Source of the DNA: an uncultured virus (IMG/VR IMGVR_UViG_3300025389_000012)
Taxonomy: Duplodnaviria > Heunggongvirae > Uroviricota > Caudoviricetes
Reading direction: 5' to 3' (one strand)
DNA length: 64,000 bases
Virus record (IMG/VR): IMGVR_UViG_3300025389_000012
The notes under the pieces are model-generated. The model was not told the DNA's origin. It searched no databases and was given only the letters and a program-made list of their open reading frames with translations. Made by a program: the position numbers and the translations under genes. Shown piece by piece: positions 29,401 through 39,315 of this stretch (positions within the stretch are counted from its first letter, which is position 1; each line of letters opens with the position of its first letter).

Positions 29401-29886
29401 TCACAATTTCTTAAAACCCGGGGTTTTATTGAACTTGCGTTCTTGTAATATTCTAGAACTATTTATGAAAGAATCCAGTTCTTCTGATAGTAATTTCTTT
29501 TTACGTGCATCCTCTTCCCATTTAATGGTATAAATTAGTTTGGATCCGTTATCTTTTGCTTTTTTTGCCAATTTCTTGTGAATTTGCATGTCTAATTCAT
29601 TGCTGGATAATCGTAAATCTAAATCTATTACACGATTGGCATCTCTGTATTGTCTGGCATTGTCAAATGTACACCAGGCTGTTGCGTTTTTGAGAGTAGT
29701 AAATTCATATGAACGGTCTATTGGAGTTAAAAATGTGACCAAATATCCAGTAGGTGTCTTAGATATCTTATATTTTTGAAACAATTCGTACCCACCATCA
29801 GGGGTACGCATAATCACAACTTCTTTTAACTCATCATTAACAAGTTGCTTATTAATAAATTGATCTATTTTCTTATCGTATTTCAT
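29401..29886 (-). CDS. Hypothetical protein
   Basis: 161-aa ORF, ATGA-coupled to the upstream gene. Confidence 0.6.
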   Translation of the reverse strand: MKYDKKIDQFINKQLVNDELKEVVIMRTPDGGYELFQKYKISKTPTGYLVTFLTPIDRSYEFTTLKNATAWCTFDNARQYRDANRVIDLDLRLSSNELDMQIHKKLAKKAKDNGSKLIYTIKWEEDARKKKLLSEELDSFINSSRILQERKFNKTPGFKKL

Positions 29887-30326
29887 AGCACCTCAAAATG
29901 AATGTTTTTTAATTCAGGTGTCACATCTAAAAATGCAGGGGTATTTTCATATTGACCCTTACATTTAATCATTGGTACACCTTCACAGTCTGTATATAAT
30001 GCCCCTAAGGGAATTATTCCGTTTTCAAACACACTTGGATGTTGTATCTCAAATTCAAACTTCCAAACTGTGTAAGTTTTATCTTCTTCTTGCTCATAAA
30101 AGAAACCAAATTGATCAAATTCATCAAAACGTATTTCTGTTTTATAAGGTACTTTAACTACTTCAGGTTGACTACGTAACGATATTACTTGTAATATAGT
30201 ATCATAGTTACATTGTGTATTTCTTCTGTGCATCCATGATTCTATGTCATCCCCTATAGGTTTGTTTCTATTCATTACTCCAGTCTGAGTAATGTCAAAT
30301 AGGGTATAACAACAGATGCGGTACAT
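29883..30326 (-). CDS. Hypothetical late protein
   Basis: 147-aa ORF; TATAAATA 5 nt before ATG. Confidence 0.6.
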   Translation of the reverse strand: MYRICCYTLFDITQTGVMNRNKPIGDDIESWMHRRNTQCNYDTILQVISLRSQPEVVKVPYKTEIRFDEFDQFGFFYEQEEDKTYTVWKFEFEIQHPSVFENGIIPLGALYTDCEGVPMIKCKGQYENTPAFLDVTPELKNIHFEVL

Positions 30327-30344
30327 AGTGTTATTTATAGAGGT

Positions 30345-30375
30345 AAAAAAACCCGGGAATTAATTCCCGGGTTTT
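30345..30375 (-). terminator. Rho-independent terminator
   Basis: AAAACCCGGGAAT-TA-ATTCCCGGGTTTT inverted repeat with a U-tract on minus. Confidence 0.85.
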
Positions 30376-30397
30376 CATGTTTAGTTACAAACTAAAA

Positions 30398-30814
30398 TTA
30401 AGCGCCGTAAACTGTAGTGAACGTAGCTGCGTTTGTACCAGTTGTTGTGTTAGCAACTGAAGCGTTAGTTAAGGCTGCGTTAACAGCTGCAACAACGTTA
30501 GCACCTGCTGAACCGTCTACTGACCAAGCACCTGTTGGATAAGTTGCGAAAGCAAATGTATCTGAAGTTGTGTTTGTGTATTCGTAGATGTAAATTGTTG
30601 CTAATTGTTGAACTGTTTCGATAATAACATTAGCCTGTGTTGCACTGAAGTGAGTGCCTGAAGCTGCTGTGATTGTCATGAAGTCTAATTTTGGACCTTG
30701 TGGTTGAACTACATAGCCTGAATCGATAGCATTAACGCCAGCGTTTGTATATGCAGGATAGTCAAGGTTTAATACGGGATAGAAGTCACCGTTTGTACGT
30801 GTAAATTGTGCCAT
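30398..30814 (-). CDS. Abundant small virion protein (possible capsid decoration)
   Basis: Own late promoter (30861-30866), 5' hairpin TGAAGC-N5-GCTTCA, strong SD, terminator and highly biased codons. Confidence 0.55.
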   Translation of the reverse strand: MAQFTRTNGDFYPVLNLDYPAYTNAGVNAIDSGYVVQPQGPKLDFMTITAASGTHFSATQANVIIETVQQLATIYIYEYTNTTSDTFAFATYPTGAWSVDGSAGANVVAAVNAALTNASVANTTTGTNAATFTTVYGA

Positions 30815-30967
30815 TTTGAAAATTCCTTAATGTTTATTGAAGCCTACTGCTTCATATCTGTATTTACACTTTTTTCAAAAAAAGTCGGTTTTATGGTATC
30901 TTTTTGGTGCATTTTTTAAGTAACTGTTAAGGGGGAAACATAAATGCAGAGGAAATTGGAAATTAGT

Positions 30968-32125
30968 TTAACGACCCTGAAGGTTCTGTCTACTAAAGCC
31001 CATACGATCTACAAACTTAAGACCATTAGCAACGAAACCTTCTTGTGTTTCAGTACCGTCTTGTAAGAAACCCTTAACTGGGCTAGACTTTGCGGCTTTA
31101 TCTAGTTGCTTAACAACATCCATCTTTAAATTGTAGATAGCGACCCAAATTTTAAATGCACCCAATACACCTTCTTTATTGACTTTAAGATGTTCCATGA
31201 TTTTGGCCTTCATCTTATCTGTCATAGGTCTTGATTCAACGTATTCTAAGAATCCATTGTATAGATTACTTAAATTACCTGATACAATACGTTTGTTGAT
31301 ATATGTAGTGAATAGTTGATTGAACGTATTACGTGCTTGTGGTGCAGTATTCATTAAATCTTTTACTGCGGCACCATATGTGTTTAGTTCTTTAATAGCA
31401 GTATTCTTTAATTTACTATTAACTCCTAAGTCAGGAGTAATAGGCATCTTACTTGGAATAATAGCAACATTACTGTTGTTCTTTAGATTACCAATGCTAC
31501 CGTCAAGGCTTGTTGCTTCGTCAGTAGTACTTGCATCAGCAGGAATAAATTGATGCACAGCAATACCTGCATCTTTACCTGCCATTAATTTACCAACTTC
31601 ACTATTTGCATTTACTGTATAAGCAATGCCGTTAGGATTTGCTTTAAATCTATAAACACCTTTTTCATCTTTTAAAGGTTTGCTGAATAACAAATCGCCC
31701 CAGTAATAACCATTACCACCACGGTCTGCTTGTTCTAAACCAGGCCAAATACTAGCAATAAGTGCATATAAATCACCACGATTTACGCCTCTGGCTGCAT
31801 CATATTCTACAAATTGTTCTGGGCTGTAGACATGACGACCTGAGCCATCTTTTTTGTTGAACATATGCTTGTCCATGATACTAAACTTACCGTCAGTACC
31901 ACGTCCAAAGATCAATGCAGGATATCCATCCCACTTGATTGTGACTGCATTTGGATTTGTTACAGTCTTTTCAATAGCCTCAATAGCATGTCTAGCACCT
32001 TCTTCATCACCAAGGAACACTAAGTCCTCAGGATGGTCTAAGTGACCCTTAGCCTCTTTGATAACTACACGGTCAATGTTATCTAATTGACCTTTTAACT
32101 TTGCTAGTGATTCGGCTAAATTCAT
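30968..32125 (-). CDS. RNA/DNA ligase-like nucleotidyltransferase-fold protein
   Basis: TIKWDG (motif I KxDG), GDLL, EGFV (motif IV) and LKFVDR (motif V). Confidence 0.6.
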   Translation of the reverse strand: MNLAESLAKLKGQLDNIDRVVIKEAKGHLDHPEDLVFLGDEEGARHAIEAIEKTVTNPNAVTIKWDGYPALIFGRGTDGKFSIMDKHMFNKKDGSGRHVYSPEQFVEYDAARGVNRGDLYALIASIWPGLEQADRGGNGYYWGDLLFSKPLKDEKGVYRFKANPNGIAYTVNANSEVGKLMAGKDAGIAVHQFIPADASTTDEATSLDGSIGNLKNNSNVAIIPSKMPITPDLGVNSKLKNTAIKELNTYGAAVKDLMNTAPQARNTFNQLFTTYINKRIVSGNLSNLYNGFLEYVESRPMTDKMKAKIMEHLKVNKEGVLGAFKIWVAIYNLKMDVVKQLDKAAKSSPVKGFLQDGTETQEGFVANGLKFVDRMGFSRQNLQGR

Positions 32126-33447
32126 ACTGCTTTACGAACTTTACGTTTTGCTTCTGCTACTCTAAGATTTGGTGCCTTAGGTTCTGCTTGTGCTTGTGGA
32201 TTGTTTGTTGCTTGATTACCAGCCGCCACCTTAGGAGGTTCTGTATTTGGTGATTTAGCAAGTTGTAACGATTTGACTAACTGATTGTATGCTTCAATGT
32301 CAAGGTGTGATAACTGTTGCAATTGTTTCTTAATCTGAGAAGCCATTTGGAAACTATTTGCTTGACCTGCGCCTGCTGCCGCTCCGGCTGATGCTTGAGG
32401 TTTAGCACCTTGATCTTGTTTACCTTGATCTTGTTTATTTTTTTCGGCATCTGCTTCGGGTTTAGTTTCAGAACTTGAACCGCCACCTATTTTACCACCT
32501 GATTGTTGTACAGCATAAGCAATACCTGCTAATGAAGTTAACGCGGCTTGTGCATTTTTACCTACTTTATTTCCGTCTTGTGCAATAGCCTTGTCAAGTG
32601 CGTTGATAGCATTTTTAACATCGTCGGCTTCTTCGCTCCAATCAATTTTGCCCATGAAATTATTAAACCATTGCATCATATATTGACCAACAGTTTTACC
32701 TTCAGTCAACATACTCTCAAAGATGCTGTTTAGTTTTAAATATTTTGTTTCAGCAATATAATATGTCTTGCCTTCTTTAAGAACACTTAAGCCTAATTCT
32801 TTCCATGTAATACCAACTGCTTCAAGTAGTTTGTTGATATAATAAATTCTCCAGGCTTCGCTCATTGTTTGACCGGCTTTTAGACGATTGATAGCGCCGT
32901 TAGCAAAGTTAGGATCAGGATTACCCTTCTTGATAATCTGTTGAACTGTTGCTACACCGTTGTCCCATTCAGGATAACCCTTACGGTCAGCCATGTAATT
33001 GACTAATTCTTTAGTCAATGCCATTTTTTGATTCTTATCTTGTGTGCTGTTGATTGCTTTGGCTGCGCCCTGAACATATTGATTCATGTTCTGAGTTTGT
33101 TGAACCTGTTGATTGTATTTGCCAACAGCCTTACTTGTATCTGGTTTGGCTTGAGATTGTGTTGATTGAGGTGCAGTTGCCGGTGTTCCTGGTTGATTTG
33201 GTTGAGGAGTTACAGTACTAGGATTGACTTGAGTTGCCCCGCCACCTGATGCGCCACCTGGAGTGATCAATCCACTTTTGATACCAGTGTTTAACGCATT
33301 GGTTGCGTTGGCCACAAAGTTCTTCATAAAGATACCTTGTGTCTTGTTTGATAGTTTAGTCTGAGGATCAGCAAATGCGCCCTTAACTTTACCGGCTAGA
33401 TCACCAAAAAAACCTTCTTCAATATCTTTAAATTCATTCAGTTTCAT
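32122..33447 (-). CDS. Putative internal head protein, low complexity
   Basis: N-terminus MKLNEFKDIEEG; Q/A/P-rich linkers; several L-x-E sites. Confidence 0.55.
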   Translation of the reverse strand: MKLNEFKDIEEGFFGDLAGKVKGAFADPQTKLSNKTQGIFMKNFVANATNALNTGIKSGLITPGGASGGGATQVNPSTVTPQPNQPGTPATAPQSTQSQAKPDTSKAVGKYNQQVQQTQNMNQYVQGAAKAINSTQDKNQKMALTKELVNYMADRKGYPEWDNGVATVQQIIKKGNPDPNFANGAINRLKAGQTMSEAWRIYYINKLLEAVGITWKELGLSVLKEGKTYYIAETKYLKLNSIFESMLTEGKTVGQYMMQWFNNFMGKIDWSEEADDVKNAINALDKAIAQDGNKVGKNAQAALTSLAGIAYAVQQSGGKIGGGSSSETKPEADAEKNKQDQGKQDQGAKPQASAGAAAGAGQANSFQMASQIKKQLQQLSHLDIEAYNQLVKSLQLAKSPNTEPPKVAAGNQATNNPQAQAEPKAPNLRVAEAKRKVRKAV

Positions 33448-33682
33448 TTTTCTTCCTCAAAGTCTTTGCGAATCTTGATTGATCCTTACCCTTGATAGCA
33501 CTTAAGAGTTTCTTTTCCAACAATTCGGCTCTTTCAGGCGAATAATGGCGGCTCATTAACTCAACCAGATTGATAGCACTCGTAATAATATTTGAGGCGC
33601 GGGATTCAATGATATGGTTAATATCACGCTTTTCTCCCATCGATTGAAGTTCTTCCAAAAGGCTCTTAGTTTTCTTTTGCAT
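33434..33682 (-). CDS. Hypothetical late protein
   Basis: 82 aa; late promoter at 33701-33706. Confidence 0.6.
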   Translation of the reverse strand: MQKKTKSLLEELQSMGEKRDINHIIESRASNIITSAINLVELMSRHYSPERAELLEKKLLSAIKGKDQSRFAKTLRKKNETE

Positions 33683-33715
33683 ATTATAGGATCCTACATG
33701 TATTTAGTCTAGATG

Positions 33716-35125
33716 TCAATTTTGTTTCTTAAGTGAATTAAGCATTGTTTGAAGTTTTGCACTTTGAACGTCTACAACCACACGTTTTTCTTGAACTTCT
33801 ATGGTCTCATGTACTGCTTGATTTACTGCCCCAACCTGACTTGTAGTCTTGATTTTATTCAAGATTTCATTAGATGATGGTTGTGCCCTAGTCTGTTCAG
33901 GATCGCTATCGCTGATACGCATAGTTTCGATATTGTAGTCTAAATCGATCTTTTGACCAACACCTGTCGAACTACGACTTTTCATACACTGAATCTGATA
34001 CTTGCCACGCTCTTTCATAGAACGTGACGTAAAGATACCGAACACATAGTCAGCAGTATTGATCTTACTGATACCACCTGCAATGTGACTATGATCAAAC
34101 TCAATTTCTTCCACAGCACTACGATTCAACTGACTTGCAGTAATCATCAATAGTCCAAGTTCTTTTGCTAGATTACGCAATTCTTCAGCAACATACTTGT
34201 CCTTAACGAATTGATCAGTTGGGCTGACTTTAACGCTTACTGGCATCAGCAAATCCAAATAGTCAATCATAACAAAATCAACTTTAATACCAGTTTGAAT
34301 CTGTACTTCTTTTAAATATGCACGAACATCGTTGACATTACTTTGTGCAGGTAATGACTTAACACGATACTTACCTGATTTAGTGCTATGCATTTTAACC
34401 TTGATGGTCGCATCATCGATATCTCTGCGAATATCTTTTGTACCCATGTTAGTCAACATCGCATCAGTACGCAAACTAGTTAGTTCTTCACTCAATTCAA
34501 GTGTGATATAAACACCACTTAGTCCTTGCTGTAACCAGTTCAATGCAATGTTCATCATGACCAAACTTTTACCTGAACCACTACCACCAGCAAAGATGTT
34601 CAATTCACCACGACTCATGCCACCATACATAACACGATCAAGTTGTGGCCAGCCTGTACTAACCTGACCACCTTGATTGAAATAACGATTCAATCGATCC
34701 TTGGGGTCAGCAAAGTAATCAGTACCCATGTCACGTTGCAAACTGATTTGTACAGCATCTTTGATTAGTTTTTCAACTGGATCAAAATCACCCTTCTCAA
34801 GCATATCGGCTGCTTTAAGAATCGCACGTTCAAGTTCTTGGCGCTTAGTAAATTGTTCAAATTCTTCTAAGAACCAATCATAATGCCCACTATCCAGTTC
34901 TTCAACTGTGTTGATCTCTACACCAGTTGTTGCTTTGATCTGTGTGGGATCGGGAATAACATTATATTTCTTGCTATGCTCAACAATAAATTCTGCGGCA
35001 GGTCGCAATCTACGATCAAAGTTTTCTGGGTTAATGATGTTAATAACCCTAGTATACAACTCTGCGTTTGTAACCATCATTCGCAAGAATAATGTTTGAA
35101 CATCTGTATTATAATCTTTTATCAA
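33716..35125 (-). CDS. Replicative DnaB-like helicase (gp41-like)
   Basis: GGSGSGKS Walker A, TLELSE, MIDYLDL Walker B, TASQLNR, KSRS. Confidence 0.95.
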   Translation of the reverse strand: MIKDYNTDVQTLFLRMMVTNAELYTRVINIINPENFDRRLRPAAEFIVEHSKKYNVIPDPTQIKATTGVEINTVEELDSGHYDWFLEEFEQFTKRQELERAILKAADMLEKGDFDPVEKLIKDAVQISLQRDMGTDYFADPKDRLNRYFNQGGQVSTGWPQLDRVMYGGMSRGELNIFAGGSGSGKSLVMMNIALNWLQQGLSGVYITLELSEELTSLRTDAMLTNMGTKDIRRDIDDATIKVKMHSTKSGKYRVKSLPAQSNVNDVRAYLKEVQIQTGIKVDFVMIDYLDLLMPVSVKVSPTDQFVKDKYVAEELRNLAKELGLLMITASQLNRSAVEEIEFDHSHIAGGISKINTADYVFGIFTSRSMKERGKYQIQCMKSRSSTGVGQKIDLDYNIETMRISDSDPEQTRAQPSSNEILNKIKTTSQVGAVNQAVHETIEVQEKRVVVDVQSAKLQTMLNSLKKQN

Positions 35126-36080
35126 GTTTTCTCCTACTCATTTCTATTTTAATTTTACTGTTTGTTGCGTTTTGTAGTATACTTAGTAATGTAGGCAGTC
35201 GCCCATATTTTACCACTGCGTCATTAACGTCTTTTACACCCTCTGCCCATTCGGGGATACTAACATAAAAGCCCAAATCTAATGCTCTATCGCATATTTC
35301 TAGACCTGTTTTGTCTTGGTCAGGTACTACAATAATCTTTCTGTTAAGTCTACGTAATACTTCTACCTGATCATCATTGATTGTGTTATGTGTTAATGCG
35401 CATCCATTGATACTAAGTGCATCAAAGATACCTTCTACTACAATACATACTTCCCAATTAGGTTTTTGAAAGTCATATCCAAATACATAACCAGGTTGTT
35501 GTTCGTTGATAAACTTTGGCTTTCTGTCATCTAAGAATCTGCTAGTATGTCCTACTATCTTGTTGTCGTGTGTGAAGGGAATGATGATACGATTATTATA
35601 TCTTCCTTCAGCGTCGGGAGTAACCATAAAGGGATACTCAGTTGGTTGCACACCGCGCTTTAATAGATAGTCAACATATATTTTATGTCGAGGATTATTA
35701 GTATCAATCAACTCAGCATCAGGTAATACAAGTTCTTTAAATTTAACTTTATTCTTTATCTTTTTAACTTGAATAAAGTCTAATGCATCTTTGTGTTGTA
35801 AACTTTCTAAGTTCCAACGATTGATTTGATTATCATCAACACCGCACCAAGATAAAAATTGACGGGTATTCTTTGTAAGATGTTTACCTAATCCAAAACC
35901 ACATTTAAAGTTACAGTTGAAACAATGAAATGACCAGTTAGTTCCATCTGTTTTGATACCACCTCGCATACGCTTGTCAGATGAATGCCCACGATTGTGG
36001 CAACATGGGGCATTAAAACTATACCATCCACTTTGCGTTAATTTCTTTTTACCCGGAACAACCGTTAGGATATCAAACAT
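35109..36080 (-). CDS. DNA primase (gp61/DnaG-type)
   Basis: N-terminal Zn finger (PCCH...HCFNC), RIIIPF, TOPRIM VEGIFDA, PDQD, KDVND. Confidence 0.9.
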   Translation of the reverse strand: MFDILTVVPGKKKLTQSGWYSFNAPCCHNRGHSSDKRMRGGIKTDGTNWSFHCFNCNFKCGFGLGKHLTKNTRQFLSWCGVDDNQINRWNLESLQHKDALDFIQVKKIKNKVKFKELVLPDAELIDTNNPRHKIYVDYLLKRGVQPTEYPFMVTPDAEGRYNNRIIIPFTHDNKIVGHTSRFLDDRKPKFINEQQPGYVFGYDFQKPNWEVCIVVEGIFDALSINGCALTHNTINDDQVEVLRRLNRKIIVVPDQDKTGLEICDRALDLGFYVSIPEWAEGVKDVNDAVVKYGRLPTLLSILQNATNSKIKIEMSRRKLDKRL

Positions 36081-36086
36081 AATACT

Positions 36087-36114
36087 ATTGTAACATATCT
36101 CTAGGAAAAATCAA
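36087..36114 (-). promoter_or_regulatory. Sigma70-like promoter of primase-helicase
   Basis: TTGATT-N16-TACAAT, 6 nt before ATG. Confidence 0.55.
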
Positions 36115-36128
36115 GAGATAAGGTACAA

Positions 36129-36929
36129 TTATCTTGACAATACGTTAGTTACTTCACCTGCATTGCTGTTAAACTGTACTCTAACAAATGGGTGAAATCC
36201 TCTTACTACATATCCATAAGTGCTACTATCATTGCTATAGTTTGCACTTGCTAAGATTGGATACCAATCTGTGTCTACTTGAGTAGAACCTTGAATAATA
36301 ATGTTACCAGTATATTGATTTAAGTGTGTTTGAATAGTCAATACTGGGTTATTGTTTGTGCTAATAACACTGGTATAGTATGAGGTATTATTACTTGTAC
36401 TATAAGGTTGATCATTGGCATTGAAGTCATAAGTCAAATTGGGGAATGGTTGACCAGTTGGAATTGATACTTCTGCTGAAGGAACAAAGCGCGGTAAAAT
36501 ACTATCTACAATATAAAGATCACCACGACCTCCCTGGTTTTGATCTACGTACACAGGATAATTAAATGATCCAACAGGGATTTCTAATGTGTAATAACCT
36601 TTTTGTGCTGAGATACCTGCTAATTCTGCAGGAGTAGTTTGCAATACCATGATACCATTTGCTGGAAATAAAGGTACCAAATAAGTTTGTAGCAATACTT
36701 GTGTGCCAGTAATATCAAGCGCCCTAAATGTGATATTAGCCCCAGTAACGTCAACTGGTTTCTGTTCTTGATTTAAGAACTGAAATTGTAATTGATTATC
36801 AACACCTCTGTTAAGAGTTAATGGTTTAGAATATTGTGGCATAAAAATCCTCGGAGAGTTACCTGACAGGAGTACAACTATCTGACGTGGGATATAATAA
36901 AAAACTTGAGTTGAAAATGATGAGAACAC
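36129..36929 (-). CDS. Virion structural protein (baseplate/BppU-like Ig fold possible)
   Basis: GTG start after AAGGAG; QFQFLNQEQKPVDVTG pattern; late promoter at 36951-36956. Confidence 0.5.
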   Translation of the reverse strand: MFSSFSTQVFYYIPRQIVVLLSGNSPRIFMPQYSKPLTLNRGVDNQLQFQFLNQEQKPVDVTGANITFRALDITGTQVLLQTYLVPLFPANGIMVLQTTPAELAGISAQKGYYTLEIPVGSFNYPVYVDQNQGGRGDLYIVDSILPRFVPSAEVSIPTGQPFPNLTYDFNANDQPYSTSNNTSYYTSVISTNNNPVLTIQTHLNQYTGNIIIQGSTQVDTDWYPILASANYSNDSSTYGYVVRGFHPFVRVQFNSNAGEVTNVLSR

Positions 36930-37019
36930 GCAAACATCGCTCCTTTGTTGTATTTAGTCGAAATAAATATGAAAATATTAAGTATGGGTTTTTCCGATTA
37001 AATAACAAAGACGAACATT

Positions 37020-37397
37020 ATGAATCAAGATTTTTTTAAAAAACTCACTGAGAATCACCCCTTTATCACGATTTGTTCCTATGCCAGTCAAGATTATGTA
37101 GGCATTATACAAAATCGTGATGATCTAGTTACTACAATATATGATTATGGTTCTATTGTAGAAGCAGAATTAAGGGCTAAATTCTTAGAATTAGGAGACA
37201 TTTGGTGGTGGGAATCAAATAGAGCAATTCCCATTAATCTATTCCTTAGGGAGGAATGGGCCGTATTTAAACCCTATATTAGGACTTTTAATAATAAGAG
37301 TTTAGATATTGTTCATGGACCTGTGGTAAGCATGACTGACTTTACCAAACGCAGGGGCAAACGCAAAAGCATTACACTAGTTAAGAAGATTCCTTAA
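37020..37397 (+). CDS. Hypothetical late protein
   Basis: 125 aa with WWWESNR..PI motif; TAAATA upstream. Confidence 0.65.
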   Translation: MNQDFFKKLTENHPFITICSYASQDYVGIIQNRDDLVTTIYDYGSIVEAELRAKFLELGDIWWWESNRAIPINLFLREEWAVFKPYIRTFNNKSLDIVHGPVVSMTDFTKRRGKRKSITLVKKIP

Positions 37398-37886
37398 TTT
37401 TTTATCTTTCTTCTTTCTGCGTTCTTTAGCCATTTGTAATCCCAAAGCACTAGACCTCTCATCAAACGTCACACCAATAAGGTGATCGAATTCGTGTAAA
37501 AACACTCTAGCCCTTATCCCACTCAATTCCTCTTCAATAATTGCCCCACTGACATTTTGATATCGTACTTTAACTTCAGGTACACGTTTGATATTCAACC
37601 ACAGTCCGGGGAAACTCAAGCATCCTTCTAAGTATATTTCAGGTTCACCCTTGGTCGCAATGATCTCAGGATTAATACAAGCAACAAGATTGTCTTTGTT
37701 ACCCATAACAAAAATTCGTTTGGACACGCCGCATTGCGGGGCAGCCAAACCAATACCCTCACTCACAAACATAAGTGTAGACATTTCTTTGACTAGTTCA
37801 GTAGGGTCTCCATCAACTTCAAAATCCCATGCTTTTGAGATTTGATTAAGTAGAGGATCATTCTCTTTAAGTAAATTAAGTTCCAT
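37377..37886 (-). CDS. def: Peptide deformylase
   Basis: GIGLAAPQ, EGCLS and HEFDH motifs. Confidence 0.97.
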   Translation of the reverse strand: MELNLLKENDPLLNQISKAWDFEVDGDPTELVKEMSTLMFVSEGIGLAAPQCGVSKRIFVMGNKDNLVACINPEIIATKGEPEIYLEGCLSFPGLWLNIKRVPEVKVRYQNVSGAIIEEELSGIRARVFLHEFDHLIGVTFDERSSALGLQMAKERRKKKDKKLRNLLN

Positions 37887-38451
37887 TTTCTTCCAATAAA
37901 TTCATGTGTACTGTTACTAACTGAGCATATGCAATTGCATGGCTCTTTTTAAAACTATAACCTGTGTGATCTTTTTCCCACACGGTTTCATTGATTTCTT
38001 TCCAACTCTTTCCTATCAAATGACGTTTAGCAGGTCTGATAACTGCCAAGAACATTGCTAGTCGTGGAATACTATCAACTGATTCTGGCATTCTACGCAA
38101 TGTATCAAACTGCTGTCCTAAGTGAATTAATTTTTCAACAAAATCTTTTCTATTTAATAATTTCCAATTAGGATCACGCATTAATTCAATCAAATGTAAC
38201 TCGTCACGTACTTGATTATACACGTGAACATTCAATAAGTCTAATTTAAAGTATCCACGTTTTTCTGCGTCAGCATAGTGTATGCTAGACATTTGATGTA
38301 CAGGATCATAAGGAATCTCTGTGATATAAACCCCAGTTGGATGTTTACGAATAGGGTCAACATTGAGCATACTTGCAGGTGTGTGAGGAATCAACTTTAG
38401 TAAGTCATCCCTTGATCCAAAATCTATATCTATATCACTATCTATCTTCAT
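37876..38451 (-). CDS. Miniature DnaE/Pol III alpha-like (family C) nucleotidyltransferase
   Basis: SDIDIDF, KHPTGV, GYFKLDLL, LAVIRP and GYSFKKSHAIAY are collinear with DnaE PDxDxDF, HAxGV, GLxKxDFL, ALYRP and YGFNKSHxxAY. Confidence 0.85.
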   Translation of the reverse strand: MKIDSDIDIDFGSRDDLLKLIPHTPASMLNVDPIRKHPTGVYITEIPYDPVHQMSSIHYADAEKRGYFKLDLLNVHVYNQVRDELHLIELMRDPNWKLLNRKDFVEKLIHLGQQFDTLRRMPESVDSIPRLAMFLAVIRPAKRHLIGKSWKEINETVWEKDHTGYSFKKSHAIAYAQLVTVHMNLLEENGT

Positions 38452-38476
38452 TATCTATTTCTTTGACTTACAGTTA

Positions 38477-39031
38477 TCACCATGCCAATCCTGCTTTCAT
38501 TAATTTCATATATGCACGTTGTACAACAATTGCTTGATGTTCTGCGTCATCAACCGCCTTGTGACTAGTAACGTGCTTTTCATCTTTAAGACTTACACCT
38601 GCAACTTCATATAGTGTACGTGTGTCACGCATAGTCCAAAAGGGCCAAGGTATGGGGTTTGGCTTGTCACTTGTTTGTCGCCATGCATGTTCCATAACTA
38701 CCAAGTCGAAGGGAGCACCGTTGCTCCATACTGCTCTGCGATTCCAACAAAACTTGTAAAGAATTTCCATGCAATCTTTAAATGGTTGTCGATCACGATC
38801 ACCCATAGCCTCTTCAATTGCTTCGGGACTTTGTTCACCCCACCAACGTAGTGTGTCATCATTGATACTACGATTGTAGATTTCAGTTTGATCTTCAATT
38901 GTTGGACGTAATTCTAATCGTTCTGCGATACCGTTGCCCTTAGGGTCAAAACGCACAGCACCAATAGTAAGTATAACACAATTAGGTGTTGTATCCAAAC
39001 TTTCAATGTCAACCATAATATCATTAGCCAT
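38477..39031 (-). CDS. DEDDh 3'-5' exonuclease
   Basis: MVDIES, WSNGAPFD, RDTRT and HKAVDDA motifs. Confidence 0.9.
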   Translation of the reverse strand: MANDIMVDIESLDTTPNCVILTIGAVRFDPKGNGIAERLELRPTIEDQTEIYNRSINDDTLRWWGEQSPEAIEEAMGDRDRQPFKDCMEILYKFCWNRRAVWSNGAPFDLVVMEHAWRQTSDKPNPIPWPFWTMRDTRTLYEVAGVSLKDEKHVTSHKAVDDAEHQAIVVQRAYMKLMKAGLAW

Positions 39032-39033
39032 GT

Positions 39034-39315
39034 TTATCCAAACTTTAATATAAAAAATATATATTTTTTCTCGTCAACAATTTCAAACTTATCTGTAATG
39101 TTGCCGTCTAATATGTTCATTTTGAATCCGTAATTTTCTTTTACGTATTCTTCAAAATCATATGCATCAAACTGACCATCCAAATCAGCTATGTCTTGCA
39201 TATACTCTTTACGAATCTTTTTTAATGATTCCCAATAATTCCAACGCTTCTTTCGAAACTCAATCTCAGGATCATTTTCATCATAGTCCTGAAATGATTT
39301 TGGCATGTTACTCAT
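39034..39315 (-). CDS. Small hypothetical protein (EK-x-Y/F-x-L C-terminal family)
   Basis: Ends FEIVDEKKYIFFILKFG. Confidence 0.65.
   Translation of the reverse strand: MSNMPKSFQDYDENDPEIEFRKKRWNYWESLKKIRKEYMQDIADLDGQFDAYDFEEYVKENYGFKMNILDGNITDKFEIVDEKKYIFFILKFG

Noticed and set aside
37876..38451. dnaE pseudogene fragment
   Set aside because: Motifs from distant parts of DnaE are all retained in one intact frame with internal deletions, and no flanking remnants are visible.
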